From a virus, in IMG/VR virus record IMGVR_UViG_3300017613_000484: a DNA stretch of 64,000 nt; one strand, written 5' to 3'. A program made the position numbers and the translations under genes. This document shows, in pieces, positions 34,848-43,358 of the stretch (positions within the stretch are counted from its first letter, which is position 1; the number at the start of each line of letters is the position of its first letter). The notes under the pieces were generated by a model. That model searched no databases. It was not told the DNA's origin and saw nothing but the letters and a program-made list of their open reading frames with translations.

Positions 34848-35380
34848 GATTCGTTCTCCTTGTCCAACTCTCTTTGCTTTGCGCCAACTGCTTCAGCTTC
34901 TTCCTTCCCTGACACATTCCGCCCATCGTTGAAGCCGAAGGGAAACCTCACCCCAGGCTTCTTGATGCACCACAAATGATATTGATTGGAAGTGTCAAGC
35001 AATCGGGATTCAGCAGGATAGAGTTCAACCGCTTCACACTCCTCACCCACCAACTCATTCTTGATTCTTTGAAGGTGTCTCCAATCATGAACAGGATGCT
35101 TGTCCAGCCGCTTGATTGAAAGATAGATCAGTTCAGGCCAGCCTTCAGGTTTCTCCGGCTCCCTCTGAACAATGACCTGATAGATGTTGTTGATATAAAT
35201 TTCATTGTACCTTCTTTGATCTTCGATGATGGAAACAATCCTTGCCCTTGCTCTCATCTCACTGATGTCATAATGTTTCATGACCTCTTGAACAAGGGCT
35301 TCAAGTTCTTGCGGTGTTTTGTTGGTCATCTCTGCTGGCTGGAACGGCAACCACTTTTTCACCTTCTTCACTTTCTTCAT
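34844..35380 (-). CDS. Hypothetical protein
   Basis: 178-aa ORF with no motif. Confidence 0.6.
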   Translation of the reverse strand: MKKVKKVKKWLPFQPAEMTNKTPQELEALVQEVMKHYDISEMRARARIVSIIEDQRRYNEIYINNIYQVIVQREPEKPEGWPELIYLSIKRLDKHPVHDWRHLQRIKNELVGEECEAVELYPAESRLLDTSNQYHLWCIKKPGVRFPFGFNDGRNVSGKEEAEAVGAKQRELDKENES

Positions 35381-35655
35381 GGATGGCTCCTTTCTTCAGC
35401 CGCAGGATTGCTTTCAGGTTCTCCCCACAACTCCCGAAGGAATCTTGAAGTTGGATGTGTCTCTTCAAAGGTCAGGGTTCCCTCTCTCCATCGTTTGTGC
35501 CAATAGTCAATTTCCACCTTTGCTCTTTTCAGGGAAGGCACCCAAGACATTTTGGGATAAAACAGATTCCATCCTTGCTGTGTCTTGCAAGTTTGTCCTG
35601 TGCCACTCTTGCTCAAGAAACATCTCTCAATTTTTATTCCCAGATATTCTTTCAT
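35377..35655 (-). CDS. Hypothetical protein
   Basis: 92 aa from ATG 35655 (AAGGAAGGAAA RBS). Confidence 0.5.
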   Translation of the reverse strand: MKEYLGIKIERCFLSKSGTGQTCKTQQGWNLFYPKMSWVPSLKRAKVEIDYWHKRWREGTLTFEETHPTSRFLRELWGEPESNPAAEERSHP

Positions 35656-36175
35656 GGTTGTTGTTTCCTTCCTTTGTTGAAGTGATCTTTCTGAACCGCT
35701 TGCCTGAACTGTCAGGATGTTTTTTGTGATATTGCTTTTTGTTATAGTGATCTTTTTCTCCATCAATTAGCTTGTAGGCAATCTTGCTGTGTGCAATATA
35801 GGCGGCACGTTGAAAGGTTCCATCAACAAGAAGGTTGGCAATCTTGATCACATCCTTTTTCAATTTGGCGGTCAATGTGGATGTGATCTTTTCCGATCCT
35901 TCTTCAATCTTGATATAGATGTGAAGCATTTCATGCAAGATGATTGTGACGGTCTGAGAGAATGTCCGATCCTTTGCAATTTCAATTTCCATTCCCCTGT
36001 GCCAAGCCGTTCCGCCAACACCTTCCGGCATCTTTTTGAATTTCACACTGATTGCTCTGTTTGGAAACTTCGGTTCCAAGTTGTGATATGACAGAACAGA
36101 ATCACAGGCATGAAGAATGGCCCTTGCTTCTGGAAGGGAAACCCTTGTTGGCTTCCCTTTGATTTTGAATCTCAT
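35627..36175 (-). CDS. SprT-like zinc metallopeptidase-domain protein
   Basis: 182 aa from ATG 36175, with TIILHEMLHIY (HExxH). Confidence 0.65.
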   Translation of the reverse strand: MRFKIKGKPTRVSLPEARAILHACDSVLSYHNLEPKFPNRAISVKFKKMPEGVGGTAWHRGMEIEIAKDRTFSQTVTIILHEMLHIYIKIEEGSEKITSTLTAKLKKDVIKIANLLVDGTFQRAAYIAHSKIAYKLIDGEKDHYNKKQYHKKHPDSSGKRFRKITSTKEGNNNHERISGNKN

Positions 36176-36188
36176 AGTTGGATTCCTT

Positions 36189-36710
36189 TCACCAAGGAAG
36201 TTCTGTGATGGGTCTGGAAAGATAGGCGGAGACATAACCTGGATAGACCAGCCGCTTGAACAATGTCCTTGCGCTTCCTGCTTCCTTCCTGGCTTCCTTC
36301 TGGTCTTCATCGTTATAGGTTCCGGCGTTGCTGTGGTGAATGTGTGCAATGTCTTCACAGGCCAGCAGAACCCTTTCACGGAGTGAACCATAATTGGAAG
36401 AAGGGTCTTCACTCTCTGTGTCCCTGTAGACTTCAAGCCAATGATCAATTTCACTGGAACAGCCTGAACATTTCTTGACATGCTTCATGACAATTTCCTC
36501 TGTCATCAACTCAACCCGCTTCTCACCCGTTGCTTTCTCTTCAGCCTGGACACACTTCTTGCAGACTGTGTTGTCATAGGGTTGAAGGGCTTCACTGGTT
36601 TGCACCAAGCACCGATCAGACACAACGCCACAGTATGATTCTGTTCTTGTGTAGGTGATCATTCCCTTCATCTCTTTTTCTGTTCCTGGCTTTTGGATGT
36701 GTGTTTTCAT
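36189..36710 (-). CDS. Hypothetical Cys-rich protein
   Basis: 173 aa with CKKC and CSGC pairs. Confidence 0.55.
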   Translation of the reverse strand: MKTHIQKPGTEKEMKGMITYTRTESYCGVVSDRCLVQTSEALQPYDNTVCKKCVQAEEKATGEKRVELMTEEIVMKHVKKCSGCSSEIDHWLEVYRDTESEDPSSNYGSLRERVLLACEDIAHIHHSNAGTYNDEDQKEARKEAGSARTLFKRLVYPGYVSAYLSRPITELPW

Positions 36711-36731
36711 TGTTGCTTTCCTTTCATTTGT

Positions 36732-37013
36732 TTATCCGTTCACTCCGGTCACAGCATACATCATCAAGGCGTTGTTCAGTTTGGAAACAGCTTCATGGAA
36801 GGTGTTGCCAATCCTTTTGATTCCAGAAGAACGGGTTGCCATGAAGTTTCCATCCTGAATCTCAGACACAAAGCAGAACAGTTTTCCTGTTTCCTTCATG
36901 GTGACTTTCCAAACACCAATGTGATCCTGTTCATAATTGAAAGAGGTTTCCACTTCTATCCGGTTGAACTCTGCAATCATTGCTTTGATTTCTTCTTCTG
37001 TTCTTTTGGACAT
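36732..37013 (-). CDS. Hypothetical protein
   Basis: 93-aa ORF. Confidence 0.55.
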   Translation of the reverse strand: MSKRTEEEIKAMIAEFNRIEVETSFNYEQDHIGVWKVTMKETGKLFCFVSEIQDGNFMATRSSGIKRIGNTFHEAVSKLNNALMMYAVTGVNG

Positions 37014-37031
37014 ATCAAAACTCCTCTTTGA

Positions 37032-37226
37032 TTAGAAGTTGCCTTGATACATTTTCAGAAAACCTTGATAGTCAGCTTCATTCATGTGGTTTTCCAGATA
37101 ATAGACAATGCCCTCTGTCTTGGTCATCTTCTTCAGCCGCTTGATTGCATCTTCCTTTGTTGGAATTTCTTCCACAGGGCCGATGGCATCAAATGCCGGA
37201 ATGAACTCATTGCTGAACCAACTCAT
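37032..37226 (-). CDS. Hypothetical small protein
   Basis: 64 aa from ATG 37226 (AGGAGAG RBS). Confidence 0.5.
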   Translation of the reverse strand: MSWFSNEFIPAFDAIGPVEEIPTKEDAIKRLKKMTKTEGIVYYLENHMNEADYQGFLKMYQGNF

Positions 37227-37288
37227 GTTGTCTCTCCTCTGAGGCAGGGTTGCTGGCCCTGCCTCTGTCATCAAGTGGTTGTGGGTTT

Positions 37289-38197
37289 CTACACAATGTC
37301 AATGGCTCTGTTCTTTCGGGTGTTGGAAAGCTGAAGGTCAGGCATGGCTTCGATCTGGTTGACTGCTTCACTCAATCCCTTTTGCAAGTCAACCTTCAAC
37401 CGGTCATTGGCCCTGATGTCATCGGCATTGACACCATCCAGATATTTCCGAATGTCAGAGAGAACAACATCCAATTGCTTCTGGGTATAGAAGCCGCTGA
37501 AGAGAGTGTCAACCTTGTCCAGAAAGTTGTTGATGCTCTTGATGGTTCCATTGTTCACTTTGTCATCTGTGAACTGTGTGGTCAGAGTCTCAACCCGTTT
37601 CAGGATTTCATCGGCAATCAAGTTCTTGGTGTCAATCTTGATCTGTTCAACCTCTTGCTTGAACTTGTCCATCTCTGCTTTCTGGATTCCTGTGGGCAAG
37701 CCTCTTGGCGGTGCGTTCAGTCTGATTGTCCACTCAAAACAGAACTTGCTTCTCATGGTGTATTCACTTGGATAGTTGGCGGTGATTGCCAACTCAGGGT
37801 TGTCACTCTGGAACCTGTTCTTCAGTTGGTTGAAGTTGTTCAGGAACTCTTCAACCAAGGCATAATATTCAGCCTTGCATTCATCAAGGAAGGTGTTGGT
37901 TTCTTCAACCTTGAACTCAGGGACAAGATAGGTTGCTTCCGCTGGATGCGGGATTCTCACACCGTTCAAGAAGTTCCTGGCCTTGTCCCTCACCGCTGTC
38001 ATGTTCTTCAGAAGGGTCTTGTCAGAAATCAGGTCTTGGGTTCCCCAGACATGGTTCTTGTTGTAGTCATCCTTGATGACCACTGATTCACTCTTGCCAA
38101 CCGCTGACCACTTCCGAACATTCAGGTTCACAAAGTAGGCAAACTTTTCAGCGTTGTCAGCGTTGAACTCTTTGTCATTGGCTTTTTGATTCGTCAT
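37289..38197 (-). CDS. Hypothetical protein (DUF3150-like by recollection)
   Basis: 302 aa, directly downstream of the AAA+ ATPase gene. Confidence 0.6.
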   Translation of the reverse strand: MTNQKANDKEFNADNAEKFAYFVNLNVRKWSAVGKSESVVIKDDYNKNHVWGTQDLISDKTLLKNMTAVRDKARNFLNGVRIPHPAEATYLVPEFKVEETNTFLDECKAEYYALVEEFLNNFNQLKNRFQSDNPELAITANYPSEYTMRSKFCFEWTIRLNAPPRGLPTGIQKAEMDKFKQEVEQIKIDTKNLIADEILKRVETLTTQFTDDKVNNGTIKSINNFLDKVDTLFSGFYTQKQLDVVLSDIRKYLDGVNADDIRANDRLKVDLQKGLSEAVNQIEAMPDLQLSNTRKNRAIDIV

Positions 38198-38241
38198 GAT
38201 TTATTTCTCCTTGAAGATTTGAATTTGGTTTGTTGTGTTCC

Positions 38242-39672
38242 CTAGTTCAGGTTGATGCTCCTCTTGCTCTTGGGCTTGGGCTTTGCCAGGGTCAACTTGC
38301 TGGCAGAGATGGTTCTCTTCTTGGCCCAAGTTCTCAGCTTGTCAATCTCTTCTGACATGGTGTCACTGACCGGAACGATGAAGTCAGAAACTTCACTGAT
38401 GTCTTCTTCCATCATTGCGGCAATTCGACACATTGCCCGAATCTCTGCGCCTGACCAACCTTCCATGTCAGGAGCCTTGCCCTTTACATCATACACTTTG
38501 AGATAGTGCTTCAGGATTTCTTCTCTCTCTTCAGCGTTGGGAAGATCAATGAAGAAAGGTGCTGTGTCCCATCTCTCCGCCCGAACCCATTCAGGCGGCA
38601 GGCTGGTGATGTCATTGCATGTTGCAATCACATAGATTCCTTCTGGCCTGTCATCGGAAAGGAACTTGAGGAACTGCGCCATGCTTCTCTTTGTTGTTCC
38701 GCCATCGTTTGCACCCTGACCACCAACACCAGCCAGAGCCTTTTCAATCTCATCAACAAACAAGATGCAAGGGGCATTGGCTCTGATGAAGTCCAAGGCG
38801 GTCTTCATCAACTTTTCAGATTCACCAACCAAGCCGCCAAACAGTTCAGCAACTTCCATGACTATCATCTTCTTGCCAGCCTCATTTGAAAGGGCTTTGG
38901 CAAACATGCTTTTGCCTGTCCCAGGAGGGCCAAGCAGGATCAAGCCTTTGGCAAATGGGGAGTTGATTGTTCGAAGGGTGAAACTTTTCAGCTTTTCATA
39001 TCCCTTGAGGGAATCAAAGTCTTCTTCATACTGTCCCAACTTCAGGCCAGCAGTTCTTTCAATCTCAACCGCTTTGATTTCCGCCAGGGTCTTCAGGTTG
39101 AACTCACCGCTGTGCTTTATGACACAATAGGCAAGGGCATTTGTGATTTCCCTTTGAGTCAAACCCTTCATCTCTTGAACGATCTGGTTCCTTGTTTTTT
39201 CATCGGGTGAAACATCTGTGGCTTCACAGATGTCATTCACAATTGATTCGATCACTTCAGCAGTTGGAAGATCAAAGTTCACTTCAGTGAAGTCCTTCTG
39301 AAGGGCTTCAGGAATTGCATCTTCAAACCGTTCGGTGCCAACGATGATCAGAGCCTTCCGTGATTCCCTGGAAGAGAACTCAATGGCGTTGGCTTGCAGG
39401 AAAGCCACATATTCTTTGTTCAGGTCTTTGGCAAAGTCTTGCAGGAACCAGTTGAAGTTCCTGGCAACCATCACCGAATAAGCGGGAAGGCTTTTCAGGG
39501 CTTCAATGACCTGATCAGGATCAGGGCTTGTTGAGAAGTCCCAGAAGTTTGGTTTGTATTGACCATTGATGTTTTGGAGTTCTTCAACAACTTCCAAAAT
39601 CTCTGTGGTCTGAACATAAAAATAAACATATCCGGCTCTGAGTTTCATTTCGATTTCTTTGAGTCCGTTCAT
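38242..39672 (-). CDS. AAA+ ATPase (FtsH/Cdc48-type module)
   Basis: LLGPPGTGKSMFAKAL (Walker A), ILFVDEIEK (Walker B), IATCND (sensor 1). Confidence 0.85.
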   Translation of the reverse strand: MNGLKEIEMKLRAGYVYFYVQTTEILEVVEELQNINGQYKPNFWDFSTSPDPDQVIEALKSLPAYSVMVARNFNWFLQDFAKDLNKEYVAFLQANAIEFSSRESRKALIIVGTERFEDAIPEALQKDFTEVNFDLPTAEVIESIVNDICEATDVSPDEKTRNQIVQEMKGLTQREITNALAYCVIKHSGEFNLKTLAEIKAVEIERTAGLKLGQYEEDFDSLKGYEKLKSFTLRTINSPFAKGLILLGPPGTGKSMFAKALSNEAGKKMIVMEVAELFGGLVGESEKLMKTALDFIRANAPCILFVDEIEKALAGVGGQGANDGGTTKRSMAQFLKFLSDDRPEGIYVIATCNDITSLPPEWVRAERWDTAPFFIDLPNAEEREEILKHYLKVYDVKGKAPDMEGWSGAEIRAMCRIAAMMEEDISEVSDFIVPVSDTMSEEIDKLRTWAKKRTISASKLTLAKPKPKSKRSINLN

Positions 39673-39736
39673 TGTGATTCTCCTTGTTGCTTTCTGAAAG
39701 ATTGATTGATTGAATGACTGATTGTTTTGATTTCAT

Positions 39737-39946
39737 CTAATGGCTGTGACCATGACCGGTGTGCTGTTTCCTGTGAACATGGACATTCTTGTTCTTCAAC
39801 TTGGTGGTCTTCCTCTCACCGCCAAGCAACTCTTCAACCTCACTCAAGAACTGTTCGGCTGAAAGGTGGTTGACACCGCTGATGGAATCGGTCTTGATGC
39901 TGATTGTTCCATCTTCCAAAATTTCAAATTCAATTTGATCTGCCAT
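39737..39946 (-). CDS. Small protein, DUF2997-like by recollection
   Basis: MADQIEFEILEDGTISIKTDSISG..., with a His-rich C-terminus. Confidence 0.55.
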   Translation of the reverse strand: MADQIEFEILEDGTISIKTDSISGVNHLSAEQFLSEVEELLGGERKTTKLKNKNVHVHRKQHTGHGHSH

Positions 39947-39966
39947 TGCTTGTTCTCCTCAGATGA

Positions 39967-40272
39967 TTAGAATTTTTTGGCAACGATTTTGTTTCCCACT
40001 CTCTTCAGCAACCACTTCTTTTTCTCAGCAACTTTCTGGATTGCTTTCATTGAATAGGCTTTCTTGATTTCATTTCCGATCTGTTCCCTTCTCTCTTCAA
40101 TGTTCAGCTTGCCTTTCTTCAGGTCAATCTCTCCAAACCTGAAGTTGATGGTTTGCCTTCGTTCGTTCAGTCTTGCTTCATCAAACCCAAGTGACTTGAT
40201 TGCTTCCACCAGAAGAAGCGGGTCTGAGACTGAAAGGTCAATGCTGATCAAGTTGACTTCATAGCATGGCAT
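39967..40272 (-). CDS. Small protein, DUF1257-like by recollection
   Basis: MPCYEVNLISIDLSVSDPLLLVEAIKSLGF... Confidence 0.55.
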   Translation of the reverse strand: MPCYEVNLISIDLSVSDPLLLVEAIKSLGFDEARLNERRQTINFRFGEIDLKKGKLNIEERREQIGNEIKKAYSMKAIQKVAEKKKWLLKRVGNKIVAKKF

Positions 40273-40302
40273 GGTTCTTTTCTCCTCTCTGTTTTGTTTT
40301 TG

Positions 40303-40611
40303 TTAGTTGTCCAAAGTTCTGAAACCGCAACCGCAAACAATGTGGAACTCACCAGTGTTCTCTTCCCAGATCACATCACCGCAGGAAGTTGAACGTGCTT
40401 CTTTGTGCCAAGACACACTCTGATTTTCCCACCACTCCCAATCAATGTGGTTGGTGTCATGGAAGACAGAGTTCAGGCCAGAATCAGGAGAGTCAGGAAA
40501 AATCAATGTGGCAACATGCTGATAGTCTTCAGGGTTGAAGCCTTTGATTTCTTCATAATCTCCAAACATCATCCTGCCATCCGTTGCATGGTACACTTTG
40601 AACTGTTTCAT
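40303..40611 (-). CDS. Hypothetical protein
   Basis: 102 aa from ATG 40611 (AAGAAGGAGAA RBS). The longer track ORF would run through element E1. Confidence 0.55.
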   Translation of the reverse strand: MKQFKVYHATDGRMMFGDYEEIKGFNPEDYQHVATLIFPDSPDSGLNSVFHDTNHIDWEWWENQSVSWHKEARSTSCGDVIWEENTGEFHIVCGCGFRTLDN

Positions 40612-40656
40612 TGTTGTTCTCCTTCTTGTTGGTTGTTTAGAAATCCAATTGACATT

Positions 40657-40705
40657 CACCATCAACTGAGTTGCCCAAGCTGGTTGGGCAACCGGATTGT
40701 TGGTG
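40657..40705 (-). promoter_or_regulatory. Conserved interrupted hairpin E1 (intergenic)
   Basis: Plus strand reads CACCATCAACTGAGTTGCCCAAGCTGGTTGGGCAACCGGATTGTTGGTG. 9-bp apical stem plus a 5+3-bp basal stem. Confidence 0.65.
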
Positions 40706-40709
40706 CTGA

Positions 40710-41042
40710 TCAAACATCCATCTCACCACACCTTCGGCAGAAGGAAAGGGCATCATCATTTCCATGACTGTCAATGAACTCTCCCTCATCAACATCATGC
40801 CCTTCATCTTCACAGATCCTTTCAAGGGCTTTCATGGTGAAGCCATCACGGAGCATCCTGCAACCGTTGACCATGACATGAGTGAAGCGGTTGAACTTCT
40901 CTTCCTCTGCTTCCAGGGAAGGAATGTCATCTTCCAGATCCCTCAGAGAAGGCGGGTTGTTCATGTCAAAACACACATCACAGTTGGGAACACCGTTGAT
41001 CTTCCGGTCAGCTTCTCTGAGTCCACAGATTTGGCATTTCAT
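40710..41042 (-). CDS. Zinc-finger small protein
   Basis: CQIC...CDVC at the N-terminus and CRRC near the C-terminus. 110 aa. Confidence 0.55.
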   Translation of the reverse strand: MKCQICGLREADRKINGVPNCDVCFDMNNPPSLRDLEDDIPSLEAEEEKFNRFTHVMVNGCRMLRDGFTMKALERICEDEGHDVDEGEFIDSHGNDDALSFCRRCGEMDV

Positions 41043-41085
41043 TTTTTCTCTCCTTCTTGGTTTGGTTTGGTTTGTTGTTTCAGTT

Positions 41086-41145
41086 CACCATCAACTGAGT
41101 TGCCCAACCGGAGTTGGACAACCGGATTGTTGGTTCTGATCAACC
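41086..41145 (-). promoter_or_regulatory. Conserved interrupted hairpin E2
   Basis: Same flanks as E1. The apical stem has one position that is a G-U wobble only in the minus-sense RNA, and the loop is UCCG. Confidence 0.65.
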
Positions 41146-41367
41146 AAAATATTCATCCACATAGTCTTGGCCCCAAGCCTGCCTTGCCTGCTCCTTCTCC
41201 CTGGCAAGTTCATATTCAAAATCACACTTCATGTCATACATCTGAACCAACTTCTCTCTGTCCTTGATGTTGAACTTCTCAATGGTTTGGAACTCTGCTT
41301 CAGGAAACTCAACTCCGTTGCTGATCAGGCTGTCCAGGTGGTTGACTGCTTTTGAATACTTGCTCAT
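41140..41367 (-). CDS. Hypothetical small protein
   Basis: 75 aa from ATG 41367 (AGAAGGAGAG RBS). Confidence 0.55.
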   Translation of the reverse strand: MSKYSKAVNHLDSLISNGVEFPEAEFQTIEKFNIKDREKLVQMYDMKCDFEYELAREKEQARQAWGQDYVDEYFG

Positions 41368-41380
41368 GATGTCTCTCCTT

Positions 41381-41782
41381 CTAGTTAGTGGCCCAATGGT
41401 CATTGTTGCTGGCATCCAGGTTGAACTTCTTGAGTCCTGCGTTCTGGTAGATTGAAGCAACTTCTCTTTGGTCTTCAGGAAGGTCATCAAAGGCATCCTT
41501 TGCATCTTCCCGATATTCCCAACCGGAGTGAATCCTGTTCTTGTTGATGACCAGATAAAACCTATAGTCTTTCTGATTGATCGGCTCCGTGCTGATGGTC
41601 TTCTCTGCTGTCTTCACCTTGGCGTTGTTCTCCATGATCTGCTTGCCAAGTTCAGCAACCTGGATGGCATGTTTCTTTGTTTTGCAAGTCCAGATTCCTT
41701 TGGGCATTTGAACCTTCCAGATGTTCTTGCTTCCATACTTCTCTTTCCAGATTTCATGCAGTTCTCTTTTGATTGTTTCCAT
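41381..41782 (-). CDS. Hypothetical protein
   Basis: 133-aa ORF. Confidence 0.55.
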   Translation of the reverse strand: METIKRELHEIWKEKYGSKNIWKVQMPKGIWTCKTKKHAIQVAELGKQIMENNAKVKTAEKTISTEPINQKDYRFYLVINKNRIHSGWEYREDAKDAFDDLPEDQREVASIYQNAGLKKFNLDASNNDHWATN

Positions 41783-41837
41783 TTGCTGTCTCCTTCTTGT
41801 TGGGTTTGGTTTGTGTTGCTGTGCTGTTCATGGTTCT

Positions 41838-41889
41838 GACCATCAATTGAGTTGCCCAACCTTTCAGTCAGGCAACCGGATTGTTGGTC
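41838..41889 (-). promoter_or_regulatory. Conserved interrupted hairpin E3
   Basis: The basal pair is swapped relative to E1 (GACCA...TGGTC versus CACCA...TGGTG), which is a compensatory change. It overlaps the upstream stop codon by 2 nt. Confidence 0.65.
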
Positions 41890-42151
41890 AGCCACTCTGG
41901 GTGACTGCCTTGCTGTGAATGTTGAACCAACCGTGATTCCTTTCGGATTCACCTGAAGGCTTGGTGTAGATAAAATCAAAATAGCGTTCATCCTCTGGGG
42001 AAGAATCCCCTGAGTGCCAATTGTAAAGATCCACAAACTTGGCAACCTGATGAAGCAGGATGTCTTCAGAGAAGATGGCTCCGCAGGCTTGGCAAGTTTC
42101 GATCAGGGAGCCGTGATTGATGTTGTTGCTGGAACAAGCTGGACAGTTCAT
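41888..42151 (-). CDS. Zinc-ribbon small protein
   Basis: 87 aa from ATG 42151 (AAGGAGAA RBS), with CPAC...CQAC. Confidence 0.5.
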   Translation of the reverse strand: MNCPACSSNNINHGSLIETCQACGAIFSEDILLHQVAKFVDLYNWHSGDSSPEDERYFDFIYTKPSGESERNHGWFNIHSKAVTQSG

Positions 42152-42174
42152 GTTGTTCTCCTTGTTGCCGATGT

Positions 42175-42200
42175 GGAGCAGATGATCAGCCATCTGCTCC
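42175..42200 (-). promoter_or_regulatory. Intergenic 10-bp hairpin
   Basis: GGAGCAGATG-ATCAGC-CATCTGCTCC between two early genes, with no U-tract. Confidence 0.5.
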
Positions 42201-42215
42201 GGTGGATTTTGATGA

Positions 42216-42587
42216 CTACCTATTATTGTTTCTCTTCTCATTCATCTTCTCTCTGTGTGCCTCTGCCTTCTGGAAGGCTTTGCTCACTTCACTGTGGAAG
42301 ATGTTGTCAGGTGTGATTCTCACTCTGTCCTTCTCAAAGTAGTCAGTCATTGAATCTGTGTCATTGTGAATGGTCAGGCCAGGAACCTTTGGAAGTCTCT
42401 CATAATCTTTTGCATACATTGTGAAGGTGCCTTCAGGATAGTTGCAGAGTGTTCCGTTGGAATAATAGATCCGGTGAAGTTTGCCGCCATTCACTTTGAT
42501 TCCGTTCCAGAAGAATTGAATGTGAAAGTTGTTGCCTTCCTTGGTGATGAAGATGTCATTGTTGATTTTGGTTTTTCTGTTCGCCAT
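42216..42587 (-). CDS. Hypothetical protein (first gene of the leftward arm)
   Basis: 123 aa with an AAGGAGAA RBS. Confidence 0.55.
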   Translation of the reverse strand: MANRKTKINNDIFITKEGNNFHIQFFWNGIKVNGGKLHRIYYSNGTLCNYPEGTFTMYAKDYERLPKVPGLTIHNDTDSMTDYFEKDRVRITPDNIFHSEVSKAFQKAEAHREKMNEKRNNNR

Positions 42588-42645
42588 GATTGTTCTCCTT
42601 GTTGATGATTGATTGAATGATTGATTTTGTTTTTCCTGTTATTGG

Positions 42646-42676
42646 GACAGCCAACTTGATGTTGATGTTGGCTGTC
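42646..42676 (-). promoter_or_regulatory. Leader hairpin upstream of the first leftward gene
   Basis: GACAGCCAAC (42646-42655) pairs with GTTGGCTGTC (42667-42676), with an 11-nt loop. Confidence 0.5.
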
Positions 42677-43211
42677 TGGATAATGAGAAAAACTTTTGAG
42701 AGGATTCTTTGTGGGCAATGTTAGTTGTTCTCGCTTTGAACAACTTTGACATTCCCTGGAAGGTGTCTGAACTTCTGGTTGTTAAAATCTGCGGTTCCCG
42801 ATCTGAAAGCACCGTTGTGATTTCAGCGTCCCTGCCTACCCAACCACCCTTGCTTTATTTCCGCCCCACCCGATCTGTTTGGCTGTCCTGCCTCTCTTGC
42901 TCCGTTGGTCGCTGACAGCCGCCCAACCCCCCACTCCCCATCTGATTGTCAAAGAACTTTTTGCTGTGTTGCCTGCCGTGCCTTCTAATGTTTACTTCTA
43001 TATATGTTATCGGATTTCTTGATGAAAATCTTTAGGATTCTGAGAAAAAAATCTAAAATATTCTAGTGAATATGGTTTTTTCTAGCCTAACCTGCTGAAA
43101 TATAAGGGGAAAAAATATTTTAATTTTTTTAGAATTTTTTCACTTTTTTCGGGAAAACACCCGCTGTTCATCGGGTGAGATTGGGATTCAGGGGAGGTTG
43201 CCAGGAAGCCG

Positions 43212-43239
43212 TTTTCAAAATTTGCGGCAAATTTTGAAA
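43212..43239. promoter_or_regulatory. Palindrome copy P3
   Basis: TTTTCAAAATTTGC-G-GCAAATTTTGAAA. Confidence 0.85.
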
Positions 43240-43266
43240 GGTGTTGAAGACCATGCAACAAAATCA

Positions 43267-43295
43267 TTTTCAAAATTTGCGGCAAATTTTGAAAA
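43267..43295. promoter_or_regulatory. Palindrome copy P4
   Basis: TTTTCAAAATTTGC-G-GCAAATTTTGAAAA. Its centre is 55 bp from the centre of P3. Confidence 0.85.
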
Positions 43296-43321
43296 ATAAA
43301 TTGGAGAGGAGAAAAGAAAAA

Positions 43322-43358
43322 TCCCCTGACCATCAATGACAGTCAAGGGATTTTTTTT
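43322..43358. terminator. Bidirectional intrinsic terminator after the HTH gene
   Basis: TCCCCTGAC (43322-43330) pairs with GTCAAGGGA (43342-43350) with one mismatch. T8 follows on the plus strand and TTTTTCTTTTC on the minus strand. Confidence 0.55.

Noticed and set aside
37250-38086. Large antisense ORFs inside well-supported genes: + 37250-38086, + 22501-23022, - 25220-25888, - 49462-50013, - 50566-51177, - 52318-52818, - 58527-59018, - 63409-63960.
   Set aside because: These are shadow ORFs opposite genes with clear motifs or RBS. They have low-complexity or implausible composition and no RBS.
42700-43000. A tRNA or other compact structured RNA gene in the C-rich part of the control region.
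   Set aside because: I could not draw a cloverleaf (no acceptor/T-arm pairing, no GTTCxAxxC box). Only short isolated hairpins are present. A tRNAscan or Infernal run would be needed to exclude it formally.
43082-43336. 84-aa minus-strand ORF in the control region.
   Set aside because: It is translated straight through both palindrome copies P3 and P4 and through the A/T-rich block. It has no RBS, and the same FQNLPQILK peptide appears in another spurious ORF over P1.
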